A DNA stretch of 64,000 nt from Candidatus Oxydemutatoraceae bacterium (lineage in GTDB: Bacteria; Pseudomonadota; Gammaproteobacteria; Poriferisulfidales; Oxydemutatoraceae). The stretch lies in NCBI GenBank assembly GCA_965223735.1, contig OZ245010.1, forward strand, positions 916,924-980,923. Direction: 5' to 3'. Shown piece after piece: positions 57,882 through 64,000 of this stretch. The position numbers and the translations under genes are program-made. Below the pieces are notes generated by a model. That model did not search any database. It was not told the origin of the DNA and saw nothing but the letters and a program-made list of their open reading frames with translations. Numbering within the stretch: position 1 is the stretch's first letter; each line of letters opens with the position of its first letter.

Positions 57882-58916
57882 ATGTGGACACTAACACAAA
57901 TTGATCAATTTGAAGAGATCATCGACGTGCGCTCGCCCGCCGAATATGACAGAGACCATATCCCCGGCGCGCACAATTTTCCGGTTCTGAACGACGAGCA
58001 GCGCTCGAAAATCGGCGCCGTTTATAAGCGAATTTCTTCTTTCGAGGCGAAAAAACGCGGCGCGGCGCTGGTTGCAGATAACATCTCAAAACACCTGCAA
58101 ACGCATTTTCACGACCGCGGCGGCGACTGGCGTCCGCTTGTTTACTGCTGGCGCGGCGGCATGCGCAGCGCCGCCTTTGTTCACGTGCTGCGCGAAATCG
58201 GATGGCGCGCCGAACAGCTACCCGGCGGCTACAAAGCGTACCGCAAAACGGTGATGCAGATGCTGACGGAACTCGCACCGCAATTTCAGTTCAAGGTGCT
58301 GTGCGGATGCACCGGCACCGGCAAAAGCCTGCTGCTGGCGAGCCTCGCCGAACACGGCGCCCAGACCGTCGATCTTGAAGCGCTCGCCAACCATCGTGGT
58401 TCGGTGCTCGGCGCACCGGTATCGAGTGAACAACCTTCGCAAAAGCGTTTTGAAAGCCTGCTGTGCCGAACCTTGCGCGGCCTCGACCCGCAGTTGCCGG
58501 TATATATTGAGGCGGAAAGCCGACGTATCGGCAAGATCCAGGTCCCGACCGCCCTGCTCAAAAAGATGCGCACAGCGGAATGCGTGCGTATCGAGGCCGA
58601 CGTCGGCGCACGCGCCGAGTTTCTGATGTCGGAATACCGGCATTTTCTGGAAGACGACGAGTTGCTCAGCAATGCGCTGCAAACGCTGACGCGCTATGCG
58701 GGAAAAAGCAAAGTCGAAGACTGGATCAACTGGCGCAAAACGGGCGGCGCGGAAAACCTGGTGCACGATCTGTTACAGACGTATTACGACCCGTTGTATC
58801 TGCGCTCGATGCAAAGGCATTTCAGCGGTTACGCCGACGCCGTACCTGTGCATCTGGATGCAATCAACGCCGATACGCTGAACCGCGCGGCGAAAACGTT
58901 GGCGGGGCGATCGTAG
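57882..58916 (+). CDS. selU: tRNA 2-selenouridine synthase
   Basis: Rhodanese N-domain (..YCWRGGMRSAAF..) and P-loop (GCTGTGKS). Divergent from selD. Confidence 0.8.
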   Translation: MWTLTQIDQFEEIIDVRSPAEYDRDHIPGAHNFPVLNDEQRSKIGAVYKRISSFEAKKRGAALVADNISKHLQTHFHDRGGDWRPLVYCWRGGMRSAAFVHVLREIGWRAEQLPGGYKAYRKTVMQMLTELAPQFQFKVLCGCTGTGKSLLLASLAEHGAQTVDLEALANHRGSVLGAPVSSEQPSQKRFESLLCRTLRGLDPQLPVYIEAESRRIGKIQVPTALLKKMRTAECVRIEADVGARAEFLMSEYRHFLEDDELLSNALQTLTRYAGKSKVEDWINWRKTGGAENLVHDLLQTYYDPLYLRSMQRHFSGYADAVPVHLDAINADTLNRAAKTLAGRS

Positions 58917-58955
58917 AGTTCGCGAAGACGCGCCCGGACGAACGTCGGCGAACGA

Positions 58956-59564
58956 TCAGCGCTTCTTCAGCATGGACTCGATGCCCTGCTTGCGCAGGTT
59001 GAGCCTGATATTATTGACGCGGGACAAATTGTCGTAGGGCCCAAGGCGAACACGGTACCAGACGCTGCCGTCGTCCACCTCGACCGCTTGCACTTCAGAT
59101 TCCAGATTGAGCGCTTTGAGTTTTTCCTGCAGGAACTCGGCCGTGCGTTGCGCCCGAAATGAACCGGCCTGCAGGATATAGGAGGGGCGCGACGCCGCAT
59201 CGACCTCCTCGTACTCGGGTACAACCACCTCCATTTGGGTCAATATCCTGAAAAAGTCGTAGTCGTGCGGCCCCTGATTATGTTCGTCGGTTGTCGCCGG
59301 CTCATTCGCGGCCGTCGCGGGCGGCGCGGCGGATCCACGCTGCCCCACGTGATAAAAGTGTACGGAGACGACCGATACAAGGCCGAGCAACAAACCAAGC
59401 GAAAGACCTGACAAAAAACTGAGTCCTCTTTTATAAGGAGGCACACGCGGCACAGCGGCATCTTTATCGCCGACCCGCTTATAGTCCCTGGTTATCATCA
59501 TCCGCCCGAAACGCTTACATCTTTTGCGGCACCGAAACGCCGAACAAACCGAGGCCGTTGGCAA
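58956..59564 (-). CDS. SPOR-domain cell-division protein (DedD/FtsN-like)
   Basis: N-terminal TM, linker, and a C-terminal SPOR domain (..SVWYRVRLGPY..). Confidence 0.55.
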   Translation of the reverse strand: MPTASVCSAFRCRKRCKRFGRMMITRDYKRVGDKDAAVPRVPPYKRGLSFLSGLSLGLLLGLVSVVSVHFYHVGQRGSAAPPATAANEPATTDEHNQGPHDYDFFRILTQMEVVVPEYEEVDAASRPSYILQAGSFRAQRTAEFLQEKLKALNLESEVQAVEVDDGSVWYRVRLGPYDNLSRVNNIRLNLRKQGIESMLKKR

Positions 59565-61260
59565 ACAACTGCCGCACGACGCTGATCAGGACAAGACGCG
59601 CACTGCGAACGTCGGCGTCGTCAACGAGAAACACGCAATGGTTGTAATAGGAGTGAAACTCCGCCGCGAGTTCGCGCAGAAAATTCAGCAGCAGGTGCGG
59701 CGTCATCTCCGCCGCCGCGGACTCGAGCACGCCGCGATACTGGCACAGGCGCCTTATCAACGCCTCCTCCTGCGGCTGCGTCAGGTATTCCACCGCGTTC
59801 ACTTTCGGTGAAAACCCGAGTCTTCTGTTTTCAAGTTCCCGAAACACGTTGCATATCCGCGCGTGCGCATATTGAATATAGTACACGGGGTTATCGTTGC
59901 TCTGCGACTTGGCGAGCGTGATATCGAAATCCAGATGCTGGCTGGATTTTCGCATGACGTAGAAGAAACGTGCCGCGTCGCACCCGACTTCCTCGCGCAA
60001 TTCACGCAAAGTCACAAACTGCCCGCTGCGGGTAGACATCGGAAGCTTGACGCCGTTACGGTAAAGACCGACGAACTGCACCAAAACAACCTTCATCTTC
60101 TTTTCGTCAACACCCAGCGCTTTGACGACGGCACGAAGACGCGGCAGATAACCGTGATGGTCGGCGCCCCAGACGTTAACGACCAGATCGTAGCCGCGCT
60201 GAAACTTGTTGAGGTGATAAGCGATGTCCGAGGCGAAATAAGTCATCTGTCCGTCTTCGCGCACGACGACCCGATCCTTTTCGTCGCCGAACGCCGAGGA
60301 GCGAAACCACACGGCGCCATCACGCTCGTAAAGATGCCCCCCATCCTTCAGGACCTGCACGGCTTTCTCGACCTCGCCGGAGGCAAACAACTCTTTTTCC
60401 GAAAACCAGCGGTCGTAACTTACACCGAACTTCTCGAGGTCGGCGCGGATATCGCCCAACATCGTTTTGACGCCGACATCCGCGACCGCGGCATACTCTT
60501 CGCCGAGCAGGCGCCTGCAATTCGCGATCAGGCCGTCGATGCGCTTTTCGGCGTCGTCAGAAAGCACACCGGCGAAGGTTTCCGCGACAGGGTGGTGCAA
60601 CGCATCGCCGCGAGTGCGCCTGATCTCTGCGGCGATATCCCAGATGTAATCGCCGCGATAACCGGCTTGCGGAAACTCAAACTCTTCGCCGCCGAGTTCG
60701 AGATAACGCAGCCACACCGACACCGTGAGAATATCCATCTGCCGACCGGCGTCGTTGACGTAATATTCGCGCTCGACTTGATAACCGGCGGCTTCAAGCA
60801 ACGCGGCGATCGTTTCACCGTAAGCGGCGCCGCGGCCGTGGCCGACGTGCAGCGGCCCGGTCGGGTTGGCCGAGACGAATTCAACCAGGGCGCGCGGCGC
60901 GCCCTCGACCCAGCCGCAGCCGTAACGCTCTCCGAGATCGGCGATTTCGGCGAGCACGCCCGAAAACACACTGTTCCCGGCGTCGCTCTTCAAATGGAAA
61001 TTGATGAAGCCGGGGCCCGCGACCACCGCTTTTTCCAGCGCCTCCTGCGGCGGCAGATGCTCGATGATGCGCGCCGCCATTTCGCGCGGTGGCAGGCCGC
61101 TCTGCTCGGCAAGCACCAGCGCAACATTGCTCGCGTAATCGCCGTGAGCCTTGTGTTTTGAGGCCGTCACCTGAGGCTCGACGGTTTCGGTCACGGTGCC
61201 CGCCGTCCGCAATTCTGCAAGACTCTGATCAAGCCACTGTTTAATTGTTTCCTGCATCAA
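59515..61260 (-). CDS. argS: arginine--tRNA ligase
   Basis: HVGHGRGAAYGE (HIGH) and class-I core. 581 aa. Confidence 0.9.
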   Translation of the reverse strand: MMQETIKQWLDQSLAELRTAGTVTETVEPQVTASKHKAHGDYASNVALVLAEQSGLPPREMAARIIEHLPPQEALEKAVVAGPGFINFHLKSDAGNSVFSGVLAEIADLGERYGCGWVEGAPRALVEFVSANPTGPLHVGHGRGAAYGETIAALLEAAGYQVEREYYVNDAGRQMDILTVSVWLRYLELGGEEFEFPQAGYRGDYIWDIAAEIRRTRGDALHHPVAETFAGVLSDDAEKRIDGLIANCRRLLGEEYAAVADVGVKTMLGDIRADLEKFGVSYDRWFSEKELFASGEVEKAVQVLKDGGHLYERDGAVWFRSSAFGDEKDRVVVREDGQMTYFASDIAYHLNKFQRGYDLVVNVWGADHHGYLPRLRAVVKALGVDEKKMKVVLVQFVGLYRNGVKLPMSTRSGQFVTLRELREEVGCDAARFFYVMRKSSQHLDFDITLAKSQSNDNPVYYIQYAHARICNVFRELENRRLGFSPKVNAVEYLTQPQEEALIRRLCQYRGVLESAAAEMTPHLLLNFLRELAAEFHSYYNHCVFLVDDADVRSARLVLISVVRQLFANGLGLFGVSVPQKM

Positions 61261-61349
61261 AATGAATACACGCCGACAGCGAATGATACCGTAAGCAGTA
61301 ATATACTTGATTCACGCGTCGTCTCATGTATAACATTCGGAACAGGTAT

Positions 61350-61480
61350 TGAACCTGATATAACGGCCTTTGGGAACGGGGCTGCCGGACGTGGAGGCGG
61401 CGAGGTTACCCGGCCCGTGAAGCGTCAAATGGATACTTCGGCTTGCGCCCCTGTGGCACGAGCGAAGTATATTGTTTCCA
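61350..61480 (+). mobile_element. solo copy of IS605-family tnpB 3' end + right end (omega-RNA-like module)
   Basis: About 80% identical to 18440..18590 (..ggaggyggcg..gtgaagc.t.aaatgg.ta.ttcggcttgcgccc.tgtg.c..gagc.aagtatatt). No tnpB body. Confidence 0.45.
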
Positions 61481-61654
61481 TGCCGTATATATGCGCCGGC
61501 GAATCAGTCGGCTTCGCCGGACCCGCAAAGGAGGCGACCGGGGAATTCGACCCGGATGCTTCCACATTCGCGGACTTGCCCGGGCCTGTGCCGGAAATTC
61601 AGGCGGACGCGCCGAAAAACGTATCGCGGAACGTGGTTCATCCGGCGAACAACC

Positions 61655-63859
61655 TCATTCAATCTCCATCGGGTCAACGTCAACATGCCACGCGACGCGA
61701 CCGTATCCCTTGAGCTTGCGCACCGCGGGCAACGTTTCTCCGAGGCAGCGGTTCAACGCCGCGCGGCTGGCGGCGCTCAGCAGCAGTTGCGCACGATAAC
61801 GACCGCCGCGCTTTTCGAGGATCATCGGCGAAGGACCGAGCAGACTGACGCCGTGCCGGTCAGCCCCGGGTTTGAGTTTTGCACGCACGACGCTGAGAAA
61901 ATCCGTCGCCGTCTCGGCGTCCTCGGCGCCCGCGCGCACCAGCGAGAGAAAATGATAGGGCGGAAGGCGCGCCTGCTCCCTCGACACGAGCAGGCAGCGG
62001 GCGAATTCCGCGTAGCCGTCGCGCACCAGGCGCAGCAGGTGCGGGTTGTCCGGATGGTAGGTCTGTAGATAGACCTTGCCCGGCAGGCTGCCGCGCCCGG
62101 CGCGCCCCGACACCTGCACCACCAACTGACCGAGGCGTTCGAGCGCCCTGAAGTCCGGAGCGAACAGGCGCTGGTCAACATTCAGAATACCGACCAGCGT
62201 CACCTGCGGGAAGTGATGCCCTTTGGACAGCATTTGCGTGCCGACGAGAATACGCGCCCCGCTTTCACGGATCTTTGCAAGGCGCCTGTCGAGTTCACCC
62301 CTGCGGCGGACCGTATCCGCGTCAATTCGCATGACCTCAACGCACGGAAACACCGACTTCAATTCCTGCTCGATACGCTCGGTTCCGACGCCGGTGTCCT
62401 TAAAATTGCAGCCGTCGCATTGCAGACAGTGTTCGGGCCGGGGCGCCGAATGCCCGCAATGATGACAGCGCATCAGATCGGCGCCCAGATGATAAACAAG
62501 CGGCACGTCGCAGTTGGAACAGACCGCGACTTCCCCGCAATCGTGGCACAAAACCTGCGTTGCGTAGCCGCGCCGGTTCAGAAACAGCAGCACCTGTTCA
62601 TCGCGCGCAACGCACTCCCCGATCTCGGCGAGCAGGCGATCGGACAGGCCGCCCGCGAAACGGCGCCCGCGCAGGTCGAGAACTTCGAATGCCGGTATGG
62701 CCGCGCCACCCGCGCGCCGGCTCAGGCGGTGGTGGCGATACTGGTTGCTCTGCACATTGCACAGCGATTCCAGCGACGGCGTGGCGCTGCCGAGCACAAC
62801 CGGGATGCCGAGCAACTGGGCGCGCTTGATCGCGAGATCACGCGCGTGATACCGCAGGGTATCGTACTGCTTATATGAAGTATCATGCTCCTCATCGACC
62901 ACGATCATCCCCAGCGACTTGAAAGGCAGGAACATCGCCGAACGCGTGCCGATCACAACTCCGGCGGCACCCGTCCTGGCGCGCGACCAGGAATGGAGAC
63001 GCTCCCGATCGCCGATACCGGAATGAAACACCGAGACCACGAGGCCGTGGCGGCGGCGAAAACGGAACACAGTCTGCGAGGTCAGGCCGATCTCGGGCAC
63101 CAATATCAACACTTGTCCACCGCGGTTCAACACCGCCTCGGCTGCACGCAGATAGACTTCGGTCTTGCCGCTGCCGGTGACTCCCTCGATCAGGTGACAT
63201 TCAAACGCGGCACTGGCCGTGATCCGATCCAGCGCCATCGCCTGCTCCCGGTTCAGACGGTGAACCGCCGCTTCCGCGGGCGGCGACGGCAACCGTGTAC
63301 GCGCGGCAACAAGACCCTTCGCGGCCAGTTCCTTCATCGGACGCCGCCACCCGGGCAGGGCGCCATTTAACTCCTCCTCGCTCAACGGCCCGCCGTCGGC
63401 GAGCAAAGCAAACACCCGCTGCTGAAACGGCGCGCGTGCGAGGCGCTCGTGCGCAACCTGAACAACGCAACACGCCGCCCACACGCGCGCCTGCCCCTCA
63501 CACAACGCATCGCCGCGGCGGATCAGCCGTGGAACGGTCTGCTGCAGAACACGGCCGATCGGATACTGGTAATACCGGGCTGTCCATCGCAGCAGATCGA
63601 GAAGATCGGCGGGCAGAGCGGGCTGATCATCCAGCACTTTCTCAACCGTGCGCAACCTGCTCTGATCAACCTCCGCCGCAACGCCAGATTCGATAATGAC
63701 GCCGACTTTCCGCCGTCGGCCGAAGATGACCTGCACACGGCAACCGGGCGTGACCGGTCCACACTCAGGCGGAAGCAGATAATCAAAAAACCGCTCGGGC
63801 GGCGCCGGCGGAAAAATCGCCACGCGCACGACCGTTGTCTGCTGCTCCAGATGACTCAT
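61655..63859 (-). CDS. priA: primosomal protein N' (replication restart helicase)
   Basis: DEEH box (VVDEEHDTSY), Cys-rich zinc-binding region and C-terminal domain. 734 aa. Confidence 0.9.
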   Translation of the reverse strand: MSHLEQQTTVVRVAIFPPAPPERFFDYLLPPECGPVTPGCRVQVIFGRRRKVGVIIESGVAAEVDQSRLRTVEKVLDDQPALPADLLDLLRWTARYYQYPIGRVLQQTVPRLIRRGDALCEGQARVWAACCVVQVAHERLARAPFQQRVFALLADGGPLSEEELNGALPGWRRPMKELAAKGLVAARTRLPSPPAEAAVHRLNREQAMALDRITASAAFECHLIEGVTGSGKTEVYLRAAEAVLNRGGQVLILVPEIGLTSQTVFRFRRRHGLVVSVFHSGIGDRERLHSWSRARTGAAGVVIGTRSAMFLPFKSLGMIVVDEEHDTSYKQYDTLRYHARDLAIKRAQLLGIPVVLGSATPSLESLCNVQSNQYRHHRLSRRAGGAAIPAFEVLDLRGRRFAGGLSDRLLAEIGECVARDEQVLLFLNRRGYATQVLCHDCGEVAVCSNCDVPLVYHLGADLMRCHHCGHSAPRPEHCLQCDGCNFKDTGVGTERIEQELKSVFPCVEVMRIDADTVRRRGELDRRLAKIRESGARILVGTQMLSKGHHFPQVTLVGILNVDQRLFAPDFRALERLGQLVVQVSGRAGRGSLPGKVYLQTYHPDNPHLLRLVRDGYAEFARCLLVSREQARLPPYHFLSLVRAGAEDAETATDFLSVVRAKLKPGADRHGVSLLGPSPMILEKRGGRYRAQLLLSAASRAALNRCLGETLPAVRKLKGYGRVAWHVDVDPMEIE

Positions 63860-64000
63860 CTCATTTAGCCTCCCGCCCTGAGCACATTATCCCGGCTATG
63901 TCGAGTAGCAATCTGATGAACGACAGGGGCTAAGTGACCGACGGTTTCGCACTTTCCACATTTTCTGTGGGTAACTCTGTGTGTTATTTGTCATCAGTGC

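Overview
This 64 kb window is a GC-rich (about 60-65%) gammaproteobacterial-type chromosome segment. Ordinary core genes are interrupted by several lower-GC accessory insertions. The core genes are an M16 peptidase tail, rsmD, coaD, ggt, mutM, a hydantoinase, a fatty-acid desaturase, rpmB-rpmG, folB-folK plus a pteridine reductase, uppP, cca, an L,D-transpeptidase, trxA, rho, purD-purH, a LysR regulator, tRNA-Arg(CCG), cytochrome c5, yifB/comM, ubiK, nadA, selD, selU/mnmH, a SPOR protein, argS and priA. Accessory content: (1) A complete diversity-generating retroelement (DGR), all on the minus strand. It has an RT, avd, a 116-bp adenine-rich template repeat (TR) and TWO variable-repeat (VR) target genes (FGE/C-type-lectin fold), each followed by an IMH plus GC hairpin. 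An AT-rich 1520-aa gene lies between the two targets (alpha/beta-hydrolase + coiled-coil repeats + TM + OmpA-like domain) and a 16-G homopolymer lies upstream. Degenerate IS fragments border the locus. (2) An intact, AT-rich two-gene module not matching a named defense system I can recall: a 716-aa Abi/UG-type reverse transcriptase followed by an 842-aa Type-III-Res-like SF2 helicase with a C-terminal PD-(D/E)xK nuclease. An IS481-like end sits immediately upstream. (3) A tRNA-Arg-adjacent defense islet. It holds a macro-domain gene, an XRE-ImmA/IrrE gene and a DUF4411 gene whose toxin-like member (DUF4411) is frameshifted. It also holds a DarT-like fragment with an in-frame TGA and a convergent Type II R-M pair. 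(4) A Dam-like MTase plus putative REase module bracketed by duplicated copies of the selD 3' end. (5) Two further amino-MTases (one split by a frameshift) between internally deleted IS481-like elements. A decayed IS605 tnpB has a second solo copy of its right end (omega-RNA-like) in the argS-priA spacer. Other decayed elements are an rve-type transposase with two in-frame stops, a yoeB-like toxin pseudogene and a tandem repeat derived from the purD 3' end. All calls are from reading the translations and sequence by eye; no database searches were run.
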